64,000 nucleotides of DNA from an uncultured Lentimicrobiaceae bacterium (GCA_964654725.1 CAZZLL010000006.1:4641-68640); one strand, 5' to 3'; positions 7,291 to 16,127 are shown, counted from the first letter of the stretch. Program-made: numbers and translations. The notes: generated by a model not told the origin, from the letters alone.

Positions 7291-10254
7291 TTATTCGAAA
7301 AAGGCCTCAATGGTTTCCCTGTTGAGGCTTTTTAATGGATTGTTTGAAGAAATAAAGGTGTTGGCGAGTTCAGATTTCTTCTGCTGCAACTGGATGATTT
7401 TTTCTTCAATGCTGTTTATCGTGATAAAGCGATATACAAAAACACTTTTATCTTGTCGAATTCTGTGTGCCCGGTTGATTGCCTGGTTTTCAGCAGCAGG
7501 ATTCCACCATGGATCCAGCAGGAACACATAATCGGCTTCAGTAAGGTTCAGGCCAACCCCCCCGGCTTTTAAACTGATCAGGAATAAAGGGTTTTTTTCC
7601 TCTTTTGTAAATTGCTGAATGGCTTTTTCCCTGTTAACGGTTGCACCGGTTAACATGCTAAAACCCCAGTCGCGGTTTTTGAAGTACTGTGCAAATAATT
7701 TCAAATGTTTAACAAATGAGGAAAACACCAGCACCTTATGGTTCTCATTGATCAATATTTCGATACTTCTGCACACTTCCTCAAATTTACCGGATGTATA
7801 TTTATAATCTTCGCTTATCAAAGAAGGATGATTGGCCAGTTGTCGTAATTTTGTAAGGGCTTGTAATACAGCGAAAGCACTCTTTTCAACCCCTTGTTGC
7901 TCTATGTCCTCCAGGATCAGGTTCCTGATTTTGGATTTCTCTTTGTCATATATCTCCTTTTGTTCCTCTGTCATATCACAATAGTAGAATTCCTGCGTCA
8001 GGGGCGGTAGTTCTTTTGCTACCTGATTTTTAGTCCGTCTTAGAATAAATGGCCTGATCATGTGCTGCAGTTTATTCTTTTGCTTTTCATTGTCTTGTTT
8101 TTCAATGGGTGTCATGAAATGATCTTTGAAAAAGTTCATGTTACCCAGTAATCCCCGGTTTAAAAAGTTCATTTGCGACCAAAGATCCATCAGGGAGTTT
8201 TCGATAGGCGTACCGGTAAGTACTATGCGGTAAATCGAATTAAGCCGGATAATGGATTGATACGTTTTTGATTTTGGATTTTTTATAACCTGGCTTTCAT
8301 CCAGAATAATATAGTTAAACAGGTATTCCTGAAGCAGGCCTATGTCATTTCTTACAATTCCATAGGTAGTCAGTACGAGATCAAAATCACACAATGAATT
8401 ATTCATTTTTTCTCTGTTGCTTCCGGTGTATGAACAGAAAGTCAGATCAGGGGTAAACTTCAGGATTTCATTAATCCAGTTATGAATAAGCGATGCCGGC
8501 ATCACGATCAGGGAAGTATGCCTTTTTGTATCATGTTCAGGGGGTTTCTGACCATTGCCCTGATCAAAGAGGGATAGTTGGCAAGGTTTGTCAGTTAATG
8601 CCTGCCTCGGATTCGATTTTTTGTAGTGAAGCAACACAGCCAAAGCCTGCAGGGTTTTACCCAACCCCATGTCATCAGCAAGGCAGGCTCCGAAATGATA
8701 TTCCCCCAATAATTTTAACCAGTTAAACCCATCAACCTGGTAAGTCCTGAGGTATGCCATTAATTCTGATGGCAAGGTGCAGGCCGGAAGTTTATCCTGC
8801 TCGGCTAAGCGATAAAGTTCCTCAATATGTTTTCTTTTAATTCCCAAATGTTTGGTTGACAAAACCGGGAAATGATGTTTGTTGACCCGAATAACATCCT
8901 GTTGTTTTTTTCCAAACAGCAACAGGTCTTTATATTTAGAAAACCAACTTTCCGGCAGTATGGCTATCTCCCCATTTGGAAGCTCGTATTCCCGAATTCC
9001 GTTTAAGATGTTTTTCTTTAGCTGGATGAAAGGAACAGAAATGTCTTTTCCGAAATGAACAATCGCATAGATATCAAACCAATCCCGTTCCTTAGTATAA
9101 GAAAATGACAGCTGTATCTGTTCAGTAAAGTAGTTGATTTCAGTTATTTGCTGCTTAAGTATAACAGATTCCTCTTTCAACCATAATGAATGTTCATTAA
9201 CCCAACTTATGGCCTGTCGCAACAATATTTCCCTGTCGGTTGAAGTATCAGAGAAAGGCTTAAAATAACCTTCGCCATACATTTTTAATCCGCGGGATTG
9301 CAAATTATTCAGGATATGGTTTTCAAACTCCTCTTGCCTGGTATAGCATTCTATTTCATAGGCATTATTGTTCTCAAGAACATTCAGAAAACGTTTCCTC
9401 TTATTGCCGGGGAAAATTCGGTGTTTCCCATAAATGAATACCAGGGTCAGGGAAGGCAAGCCTGTATAGTCCGTTTCAATGGAAAGCTCAACTACAGGAT
9501 TCTCATGAAGCTCATTATATCCGATACCTTGGAAATGTACATCCTGATCCCTTGCTACTTTCAGAACGAAGCCTTCAAGGTATTTTCTTTCCATATTTCC
9601 TGGTATGCGAACGTATTCTTTGTCAAGGAAGGGTTGCATTTTTTTTCCGTCAACGGTTTTTGGGAAATAGTACAGATTTTGCCCCAGTAAAATCCAACAA
9701 GGTTGATTGGTGATGATCAAGCCGTTTTTTCCACAAAGGTTGATGTCAGTGTTGTTATGCCTTATGGTTTGGAAGTATTTTATACCTTCTTCGTCACGGA
9801 TGAAGTGGAAAAGGGTTTCAGCCTCTTGCAGATGAATGCTGATTTGTTCCGAAGTGTAAATATTTTTTCCCTTGCCCAAATAATAGAGTGGATTATTGCT
9901 TTCTCGGACAAGCCGTATACATTCGTCCATTTTCTTATCAACAAATGGCCGGATAAATTTCTGAATAAACTCTTTTGTTAACCCGGACATGAATTCTTTC
10001 AATGAAATTTTCTGATTCGTGAAGCGGCTGAAGATTTGATGATCATTGTATTCTTCAATACATTTCACAATTTTTAGCTGATGTTCATCCAGCAGTTTAT
10101 TGTATTTGTTTAGGTTCTTATCTGTAATGCGTTCATGAAAAGTAAGAAAAGGTTTTGTACTATTATTCACCATACTTGGTGCCAGCATAAGGCCCAGTTT
10201 ATTTCTGGGAGTAAGTGTGACTACAAATTTTAATGTTGCTGTTTCCTCAAGCAT
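7291..10254 (-). CDS. SNF2-family (Swi2/Snf2, RapA-like) helicase with an uncharacterised N-terminal region of about 500 aa
   Basis: 987 aa. Motif I is LADDMGLGKT, motif II ILDESQVIKN, motif III LTGTPIEN. The C-terminal helicase lobe has LISLKAGGVGLNLT and QAINRAHRIRQ. Confidence 0.85.
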   Translation of the reverse strand: MLEETATLKFVVTLTPRNKLGLMLAPSMVNNSTKPFLTFHERITDKNLNKYNKLLDEHQLKIVKCIEEYNDHQIFSRFTNQKISLKEFMSGLTKEFIQKFIRPFVDKKMDECIRLVRESNNPLYYLGKGKNIYTSEQISIHLQEAETLFHFIRDEEGIKYFQTIRHNNTDINLCGKNGLIITNQPCWILLGQNLYYFPKTVDGKKMQPFLDKEYVRIPGNMERKYLEGFVLKVARDQDVHFQGIGYNELHENPVVELSIETDYTGLPSLTLVFIYGKHRIFPGNKRKRFLNVLENNNAYEIECYTRQEEFENHILNNLQSRGLKMYGEGYFKPFSDTSTDREILLRQAISWVNEHSLWLKEESVILKQQITEINYFTEQIQLSFSYTKERDWFDIYAIVHFGKDISVPFIQLKKNILNGIREYELPNGEIAILPESWFSKYKDLLLFGKKQQDVIRVNKHHFPVLSTKHLGIKRKHIEELYRLAEQDKLPACTLPSELMAYLRTYQVDGFNWLKLLGEYHFGACLADDMGLGKTLQALAVLLHYKKSNPRQALTDKPCQLSLFDQGNGQKPPEHDTKRHTSLIVMPASLIHNWINEILKFTPDLTFCSYTGSNREKMNNSLCDFDLVLTTYGIVRNDIGLLQEYLFNYIILDESQVIKNPKSKTYQSIIRLNSIYRIVLTGTPIENSLMDLWSQMNFLNRGLLGNMNFFKDHFMTPIEKQDNEKQKNKLQHMIRPFILRRTKNQVAKELPPLTQEFYYCDMTEEQKEIYDKEKSKIRNLILEDIEQQGVEKSAFAVLQALTKLRQLANHPSLISEDYKYTSGKFEEVCRSIEILINENHKVLVFSSFVKHLKLFAQYFKNRDWGFSMLTGATVNREKAIQQFTKEEKNPLFLISLKAGGVGLNLTEADYVFLLDPWWNPAAENQAINRAHRIRQDKSVFVYRFITINSIEEKIIQLQQKKSELANTFISSNNPLKSLNRETIEAFFE

Positions 10255-10326
10255 TGCAATTCAGGCTGTTATTGGATTATTTTAAATTTTACTCCGTATT
10301 TAAGATAGTTTAATTTTTCCAATAAT

Positions 10327-10662
10327 CTAAAATGCCTGAACGATAACCCTGCGCTTTTTTTCTTCAGCTTCATTTCCAGCCTCGTCTGTTACATTATAAT
10401 AAACATAATAATTATAGCCCGATACATGGATGTTCACATCTTCTATGACTTCAATTTTGCTGCTGATGTCACCGTCTGCATCATCGAATGCTGTTGCTCC
10501 GGGGTCAATATACGGGCTGTCGAGTTGTGAATACACCGGATTTGCACCTATTATGGTAATAACCGGAGGGGTGGTGTCATCACTGGCTTTTTCGCAGGCT
10601 GTATAAACAAAAGCCATAAATATAAGGAGGATAAATACCTGAGGATTTTTAAGGATTTTCAT
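10327..10662 (-). CDS. Small lipoprotein consisting of a single DUF5011/Ig-like domain
   Basis: 111 aa. Lipobox is VYTAC, followed by EKASDD. PPVITIIGANPV...YIDPGATAFDDADGDIS...YYVYYNVTDEAGNEA..RRVIV is the typical DUF5011 pattern. Confidence 0.75.
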   Translation of the reverse strand: MKILKNPQVFILLIFMAFVYTACEKASDDTTPPVITIIGANPVYSQLDSPYIDPGATAFDDADGDISSKIEVIEDVNIHVSGYNYYVYYNVTDEAGNEAEEKKRRVIVQAF

Positions 10663-10806
10663 AAAATCTATGCATTTTTAACAAAATAATAAATAATCCT
10701 AATTTAGAAAAGAGTGCTAATCATAATACTTATCGGCTTTAGTATTAATATAATGCCTGCAGCCTCTTAATTGGCTGCCATTATTGGTTTCTAATGATAT
10801 CGAGGA

Positions 10807-11469
10807 CTATTGTTTTGTCAGAACAGCTGTGCTGCTGTCTACTCCGCTGCCATTTGTGTAAGTGATGATATAATTCATGTTTAGTGTTGAATTATCCGCA
10901 TCAACGCTTCCGTCGCCAATAACACTGCCACTATAATAATTGACATCCGCTTCAAAATCCTGATCAGGGATTGTAATGACGCTGCTGTTTACATCAATTG
11001 AAACATTACATGCATTTCCGTAATCCCCAAAGTTATGAATCCATAGCTTTTTATTATAGACGATTGAAATATCTATATCAGCTGAATAGTATAGGGTGTC
11101 CGGGTTTGTGCCCATTCTGTATTCTACAACCTGATAAGTGCCGATTCTAAAATCCATGGCATTTCTAACAATTACTGTTCGTTTAGCAGTGGCTGTATTT
11201 CCAGCGGCATCTGTAGCTGAATAAATAACTTCATACTCACCCACAAGATTGTGGTCTACCTTATTATTAACGACGACCGTTAATTCGCCATCTTCATCGT
11301 CTGTGGCTGAGGCTCCCGGATCTGCCCAGAGGTTGTTGTTCAGGATAATGGTCAGGGGGTTGTCTCCCAGAATGCTAATAACCGGAGCGGTGGTATCCTT
11401 TTTCGAACAGGATACCCATGCAGTAACAATAATCATTGTTGCCGCTAAAAGTTTTATTGTTCTGTTCAT
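10807..11469 (-). CDS. DUF5011/Ig-like domain lipoprotein with a beta-rich C-terminal domain of about 110 aa
   Basis: I moved the start to the internal MNRTIKLLAATMIIVTAWVSC signal/lipobox; the track ORF starts at 11553. Contains APVISILGDNPL...WADPGASATDDEDGEL...YEVIYSATDAAGNTA..RTVIV. Paralog of 11572-12234. Confidence 0.72.
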   Translation of the reverse strand: MNRTIKLLAATMIIVTAWVSCSKKDTTAPVISILGDNPLTIILNNNLWADPGASATDDEDGELTVVVNNKVDHNLVGEYEVIYSATDAAGNTATAKRTVIVRNAMDFRIGTYQVVEYRMGTNPDTLYYSADIDISIVYNKKLWIHNFGDYGNACNVSIDVNSSVITIPDQDFEADVNYYSGSVIGDGSVDADNSTLNMNYIITYTNGSGVDSSTAVLTKQ

Positions 11470-11571
11470 TCGATGGTGTTTTGGATTAACCCTTAAAAGT
11501 AATAAAAAAAAGTACTGTGCTACATGTTGCACAGTACTTTTTTTGCAGAACAATCCGGCAATCCAATAGCT

Positions 11572-12234
11572 TTATTGCTTAATATAAATGGTTTGTCCGG
11601 CATCTGAATTACCGCCTACGGTTTCATTGAAGTTTACCGTGATGGTTGTTCCGTTAATAGTGCCCTGTCCGTCAAATGTCCTGTTGGCAGGTGGGTTTCC
11701 TACATTGTTAACTGTTTGGGAAGGGATGGTGATGGTTGTTCCGGTAACAGTGCCGTAAACTTCACAATCGGCATAAGCCCCAAAGTTCGCAAATATGATC
11801 CTGTTGTTTACCGTATTGGAAGAAGAAATGGTTTCGGTAAAGGGATAGCTGGTTCCGCCAGGATAAGGGACAACACAGTCAGCGCTGTAGGTGCCTGAAT
11901 ATACCTCTGCTCCGTTCACTACATTAACAACCCTTTCTGCTACAGATTCATTTCCTGCTTCATCAGCAGCAGAATAATAAATCTTATAGCCGGCTTGAAA
12001 GTTCGGATTAACTTCGCTATCGTCAACAATAACATCAATCACGCCATCTTCATCGTCTTCAGCAGTGGCTCCGGGATCTACCCAGTTGTTATCGTTTAAA
12101 ACGATGGTTAAGGGGTTATCTCCCAAAATGGTAATTACAGGTCCTGTGTTATCTTCAGTTGAACAACTTTGAAAAAAAACAATGCTTGCACTGATAAAAA
12201 CAAGGCTGAGAAAAGATAATAAAACACGTTTCAT
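11572..12234 (-). CDS. DUF5011/Ig-like domain lipoprotein with a beta-rich C-terminal domain of about 110 aa
   Basis: 220 aa. Signal/lipobox is MKRVLLSFLSLVFISASIVFFQSC. Contains GPVITILGDNPL...WVDPGATAEDDEDGVI...YKIYYSAADEAGNES..RVVNV. Similarity to 10807-11469 is visible even at nucleotide level (GGGGTTRTCTCCCARAATG). Confidence 0.75.
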   Translation of the reverse strand: MKRVLLSFLSLVFISASIVFFQSCSTEDNTGPVITILGDNPLTIVLNDNNWVDPGATAEDDEDGVIDVIVDDSEVNPNFQAGYKIYYSAADEAGNESVAERVVNVVNGAEVYSGTYSADCVVPYPGGTSYPFTETISSSNTVNNRIIFANFGAYADCEVYGTVTGTTITIPSQTVNNVGNPPANRTFDGQGTINGTTITVNFNETVGGNSDAGQTIYIKQ

Positions 12235-12313
12235 AATAAATTTTGTTTATTGGTTTTATGTTTACAAAATTAAGCTAAAAATGTATATTTGTTTGCTAAA
12301 ACGAAAAAATACT

Positions 12314-12321
12314 TACATTTG
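12314..12321 (+). promoter_or_regulatory. Bacteroidota -7 promoter motif (TAnnTTTG) for the 12351 lipoprotein gene
   Basis: TACATTTG lies 30 nt upstream of the ATG. A second TATATTTG sits at 12284-12291. Confidence 0.4.
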
Positions 12322-12350
12322 TACAAACCAAAAACCAAAAGTATAAAAAA

Positions 12351-12701
12351 ATGAAAAAAGTAATTGGCTTATTTGTAATTGTTTCCATTGTTGGTTTTTC
12401 AGCTTGCAACCAAAAGAATGAAGAATCAGAAAAAGAGAAAGAAAGAATGCAGGCAGAGCTTGACAGCCTGAAGCAAAAGCAATATGAAGACTCTGTTGCA
12501 AAAGCTAAACAAGCATATGAGGATTCAATTGCAAAAGAAATGGATAAACTGAAAGCGCAAAAGGCTGCTGCTGAATCCGATGCTGAGAAGCAGAAAGAAA
12601 TGAGGCAGGAAGCAGCTCCCCAAAGGAAAGCTGCAAACAACAGAACAACATCCGAGGAAAGGAAGGTTCAACCCGGACAGGGTAGAAATGCCCCCAAATA
12701 G
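12351..12701 (+). CDS. Low-complexity K/E/A/Q-rich lipoprotein, predicted helical or disordered
   Basis: 116 aa. Signal/lipobox is MKKVIGLFVIVSIVGFSAC-NQ. The remainder is charged low-complexity sequence such as EKEKERMQAELDSLKQKQYEDSVAKAKQAYEDSIAKEMDKLKAQKAAAESDAEKQKE. Confidence 0.6.
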   Translation: MKKVIGLFVIVSIVGFSACNQKNEESEKEKERMQAELDSLKQKQYEDSVAKAKQAYEDSIAKEMDKLKAQKAAAESDAEKQKEMRQEAAPQRKAANNRTTSEERKVQPGQGRNAPK

Positions 12702-12920
12702 AACTGTTTTTTGTAAGTTCCGGGAGTGCATGGTATAATAAGTTTTTGATTTAGAGTTTTGCCTGTTTTGCGCCTATTCTATCATAAGAGCCTCCTGTAA
12801 AGTATATCTTTAAAGGGGTTTAGAAGAAGAGATTATTGAAGGATAAGTTTTTAAATACTTGTTGATGATATTTTTAAGAAAACTTCGCACAAAAACTTGG
12901 ATTTTATACTAAATTTTCCT

Positions 12921-12928
12921 TAGATTTG
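12921..12928 (+). promoter_or_regulatory. Bacteroidota -7 promoter motif (TAnnTTTG) for the 12966 lipoprotein gene
   Basis: TAGATTTG lies 38 nt upstream of the ATG at 12966. Confidence 0.4.
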
Positions 12929-12965
12929 CATTAAACTTAGTTAATAACTAAAATTTATTAAACAA

Positions 12966-13211
12966 ATGAAAAAACTTTTAACGTTATTAGTAATTGCAGG
13001 AATGTTTGCTTTTGGTGCGTGCAACCAAACTGCTGAAGAAGAAGCACAAGACCCAGCAGAAGATCAGGAACAAGTTGATCAGGAGCAACCAGCAGAAGAA
13101 ATGCCAGCTGAAGAAGTAACAGAAGAAGAAATGCCGGCAGAAGAAGAAATGCCAGCTGAAGAGGCAACAGAAGAAGAAATGCCAGCTGAAGAAGAAATGC
13201 CGGTTGAGTAA
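12966..13211 (+). CDS. Highly acidic repeat lipoprotein (EEMPAEE repeats)
   Basis: 81 aa. Signal/lipobox MKKLLTLLVIAGMFAFGAC-NQ is paralogous to that of the 12351 gene. The mature part is almost entirely E/P/A/M/Q, with an EEMPAEE(V/A)TEEEMPAE repeat. Confidence 0.6.
   Translation: MKKLLTLLVIAGMFAFGACNQTAEEEAQDPAEDQEQVDQEQPAEEMPAEEVTEEEMPAEEEMPAEEATEEEMPAEEEMPVE
13095..13208 (+). repeat. 48-nt in-frame tandem repeat, about 2.4 copies
   Basis: GAAGAAATGCCAGCTGAAGARGYAACAGAAGAAGAAATGCCRGCWGAA occurs at 13095-13142 and 13143-13190. A partial third copy is at 13191-13208. Confidence 0.85.
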
Positions 13212-13238
13212 TCTTAAGCATTTAAAGAATTAGAAAAA

Positions 13239-13268
13239 GGGAAGTTTTTCAGGCTTCTCTTTTTTTTG
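13239..13268 (+). terminator. Candidate rho-independent terminator after the acidic lipoprotein gene
   Basis: GGGAAG (13239-13244) pairs with CTTCTC (13254-13259), including one G-U pair, around a 9-nt loop. A T8 run follows. Confidence 0.4.
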
Positions 13269-13331
13269 TGGCATGTTTTTTCTGCCATCCATATCTTTGT
13301 GCCTCTAATATTATGTAAATCAAAAACAGAA

Positions 13332-14552
13332 ATGAGTAATAATCCGAAACTGGCTGTTGCCGGGAATAAAGGTGATTCCGTTCGCTCTGATTGTTATGTT
13401 GAGCTCAAGATCAAAAATGAGGGCGGCTTGCAGATCTCCCTGGAAAGTAAAGTCAGGGGCATGTATGGAGCATCTATAAAACAAAATATTCAGGATGTCC
13501 TTAGTTTTTATTCCATAAAACACGCCTCTGTGCATGTTGTGGATACCGGCGCCCTGCCCTTCGTGATTCAGGCCCGCATAGAAGCTGCCATTCATAATTT
13601 TCAGCCTGAAGACCGGTTTTATGAACCGGAAATTATTACAGAAAACCTTAATGCATCCGAAAGGGACTGCTTTCGCTTTTCGCGACTTTACCTTCCCGGA
13701 AACACGCCTAAATTAATGATCAATGCCGGGATACATCATCCTGACGGTATAATACTGGATTTGGAAGATGCCGTTGCTCCGGCAAAAAAGCAGGAGGCCA
13801 GGTTTCTGGTAAAGAATGCGTTGCGTTCGGTGAATTTTTACGGGGCTGAGCGCATGGTGCGTATCAATCAGCTTCCTGAGGGTCTGAAGGATTTGGCCTA
13901 CATCATACCCCATGGTGTGCAGTTGATTCTATTTCCTAAATGTGAACATGCCGATCAAATTGTTCAGCTGGAAGCTGAGATCAAAAAAATAAAGCTGGAA
14001 AGCATGGCTGATCAAGCTGTCTGGCTTATGCCTATCATAGAAAGTTCACTGGGTGTAATACATGCATATGAGATTGCTATTTCTTCTGAAAATATTGTTG
14101 CCATGGCCATTGGTCTTGAGGATTATACGGCCGATCTGGGAACACTCAGAAGCGCTGATGGAAAAGAATCCTTCTTTGCCCGCACACAGGTCGTCAATGC
14201 CTGCCGGGCCGCCGGGATACAACCTATAGATTCCGTGTTTTCTGATGTGGCTGATATGAAGGCATTAGAAGAGAATGTGAAAGAATCCAAAAAACTGGGT
14301 TTTGATGGGATGGGATGTATTCATCCCCGGCAAATTGCTATTATCCATCAGGGGTTTGCACCGGAAGAAGCAGAAGTTGAAAAAGCAAGAAAAATAGTAA
14401 AAGCATTTCTAGACGCGGAAAGCAAGGGGCTGGGTGTCGTTTCACTGGGTGCTAAAATGATTGACCCACCGGTTGTTAAAAGAGCTCAGCGAATAATTAG
14501 TCTGGCCGTTAAATTAGGGAAATTGGATAAAGACTGGATTAAAAGGGATTAA
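13332..14552 (+). CDS. citE: Citrate lyase acyl-carrier (gamma, CitD) fused to citryl-CoA lyase (beta, CitE)
   Basis: I moved the start to MSNNPK (ATG at 13332). The first ~97 aa, LAVAGNKGDSVRSD...VDTGALPFVIQARIEAAI, align to E. coli CitD (AVAGTLESGD...DDKGALDCILRARLEA). The rest, RFSRLYLPGNTPKLM...DGIILDLEDAVAP..K..AR...PIIES..G...IGLEDYTADLG...GCIHPRQI, is the CitE/HpcH-HpaI fold. Confidence 0.82.
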   Translation: MSNNPKLAVAGNKGDSVRSDCYVELKIKNEGGLQISLESKVRGMYGASIKQNIQDVLSFYSIKHASVHVVDTGALPFVIQARIEAAIHNFQPEDRFYEPEIITENLNASERDCFRFSRLYLPGNTPKLMINAGIHHPDGIILDLEDAVAPAKKQEARFLVKNALRSVNFYGAERMVRINQLPEGLKDLAYIIPHGVQLILFPKCEHADQIVQLEAEIKKIKLESMADQAVWLMPIIESSLGVIHAYEIAISSENIVAMAIGLEDYTADLGTLRSADGKESFFARTQVVNACRAAGIQPIDSVFSDVADMKALEENVKESKKLGFDGMGCIHPRQIAIIHQGFAPEEAEVEKARKIVKAFLDAESKGLGVVSLGAKMIDPPVVKRAQRIISLAVKLGKLDKDWIKRD

Positions 14553-14564
14553 AAGAAAGGGCGC

Positions 14565-16127
14565 ATGAAAAAATACGATGAACTGACAAAAAATGCGGTG
14601 GGACGTTATGTTCCTGCTATTGTGAATGGGAAAAAAATGATTCCTTTTCAGGGAGTCGGGAAATATATTCCTGAGGGCAGAAAATTTGCACCACGTATTC
14701 CCAGCTGTGCAAGCTATCCTGCCGACGGAAATAAAACACTTTCCAGCCTGAAAGAAGCTCTTATCAGAGCAGGCCTTAGAGATGGCATGGTTGTTTCAAC
14801 ACATCATCATTTCAGGAACGGCGATGTCATTGCAAACCAGGTATTCGAGATTGCCCATGAACTCGGAATAAAAGGCCTGGTATGGTTCCCATCAGCATCT
14901 TTTCCCTGCCATGCCCCCCTGATTAAATACCTGGAGGATGGTACGATAAACCGAATTGAAGGAAGTATGAACGGCCCTTTAGGAAAGTTTGCCTCCGAAG
15001 GAAATATGAAAGGTTTGGGTGTATTACGTTCCCATGGCGGAAGGTATCAGGCAGTGCAGGATGGGGAAGTGCAAATCGATATTTCTGTAATAGCTGCGCC
15101 GGAAGCAGATGCCTTTGGCAATGCTAATGGAGTGAACGGTGATGCTGCCTGCGGATTGCTGGGGTTTGCATTGGCCGACTCCCAGTATGCTGATAAAGTG
15201 ATAGTGGTTACAGATAACTTGGTGCCCTTCCCATGTATACCATGGCAAATTCATGGAAATTATGTGGACTATACCGTTGTTGTGGATAAGGTAGGCATCC
15301 CGGAGAAAATTGTTTCAGGAACAACGAAAATTACTAAAAGCCCTGACAGGCTATTGATAGCTGAACTTACGTCCCGTTTCTGTGATGCAGCAGGAATAAT
15401 TCAGGATGGATTTAGTTTTCAGTCAGGAGCTGGTGGAACCGCATTGTCTATCGGAATTTATTTTGCAGAACAATGTAGAAAGAAAGGCATAAAAGCCCGC
15501 TTCCTAAGGGGAGGCAGCAATAAATACCCGGTTGAGATGTTGGAAGAAGGCCTGGTAGATTATATTCTTGACGGACAAACCTTTGACCTGGAGGGCGTAC
15601 GTTCTATGCGTGAAAATCCTAATCACGTGAATACCAGTCCGTTTACATCGTACAATTACCACAGCAAAGGGAACTTTGCAAGCATGGTGGATGTGGTTGT
15701 TTTAGGAGCCACAGAAGTAGATGTGAATTTTAATGCCAATGTAGTTACCCATTCTGATGGATACCTCTTGCATGGCCTTGGTGGTTGGCAAAACTGCCTG
15801 TTCTCCAAATGCACCATATTACCAATACCGTTGTTTCGGGACCGTATTCCGGTTATCAGGGATGAAGTGACCACCCTTTGCGGACCTGGTGAACTGATAG
15901 ACGTCATCGTTACAGAAAGAGGAATCGCCATCAACCCACTCAGGAAAGATTTGATAGAGAAAACAAAAAATAGCGGACTTCCGCTGAAAAGCATTGAAGA
16001 ATTAAAAGATGAAGCCGAACGCATATGCGGGAAACCAGAGAAGGTAGAGCTGGGTGAGGAAATTATTGCTGTGATAAAATGGGTAGACGGCACTGTGATC
16101 GATGCCGTCCGTAAAGTTATCAAATAA
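14565..16127 (+). CDS. citF: Citrate lyase alpha subunit (citrate CoA-transferase)
   Basis: 520 aa. Contains GMVVSTHHHFRNGD, EGSMNGPLG, LRSHGGR, FQSGAGG and LGATEVDVNFNANV, typical of CitF. Confidence 0.9.
   Translation: MKKYDELTKNAVGRYVPAIVNGKKMIPFQGVGKYIPEGRKFAPRIPSCASYPADGNKTLSSLKEALIRAGLRDGMVVSTHHHFRNGDVIANQVFEIAHELGIKGLVWFPSASFPCHAPLIKYLEDGTINRIEGSMNGPLGKFASEGNMKGLGVLRSHGGRYQAVQDGEVQIDISVIAAPEADAFGNANGVNGDAACGLLGFALADSQYADKVIVVTDNLVPFPCIPWQIHGNYVDYTVVVDKVGIPEKIVSGTTKITKSPDRLLIAELTSRFCDAAGIIQDGFSFQSGAGGTALSIGIYFAEQCRKKGIKARFLRGGSNKYPVEMLEEGLVDYILDGQTFDLEGVRSMRENPNHVNTSPFTSYNYHSKGNFASMVDVVVLGATEVDVNFNANVVTHSDGYLLHGLGGWQNCLFSKCTILPIPLFRDRIPVIRDEVTTLCGPGELIDVIVTERGIAINPLRKDLIEKTKNSGLPLKSIEELKDEAERICGKPEKVELGEEIIAVIKWVDGTVIDAVRKVIK

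Noticed and set aside
7291-10254. SNF2 helicase as the core of a phage-defence system (DISARM/BREX/Zorya-like)
   Set aside because: No methyltransferase, PLD nuclease, DUF1998, protease or other defence partner lies adjacent. The neighbours are OTC and surface lipoproteins. I treat it as a stand-alone helicase.
10255-10326. 8-bp inverted repeat TTATTGGA...TCCAATAA between the last DUF5011 gene and the SNF2 gene
   Set aside because: The loop of about 38 nt is too long for a stable terminator, and the AT-rich short arms are expected by chance.
12296-13221. Long antisense ORFs (12296-12640, 12313-12501, 12525-12731, 12958-13221) opposite the two low-complexity lipoprotein genes
   Set aside because: They are composition artefacts: GAA/GCA-rich repeats read as Phe/Leu/Ser-rich strings on the other strand. 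They have no start context or signal. The plus-strand ORFs have lipoprotein signals and promoter motifs.
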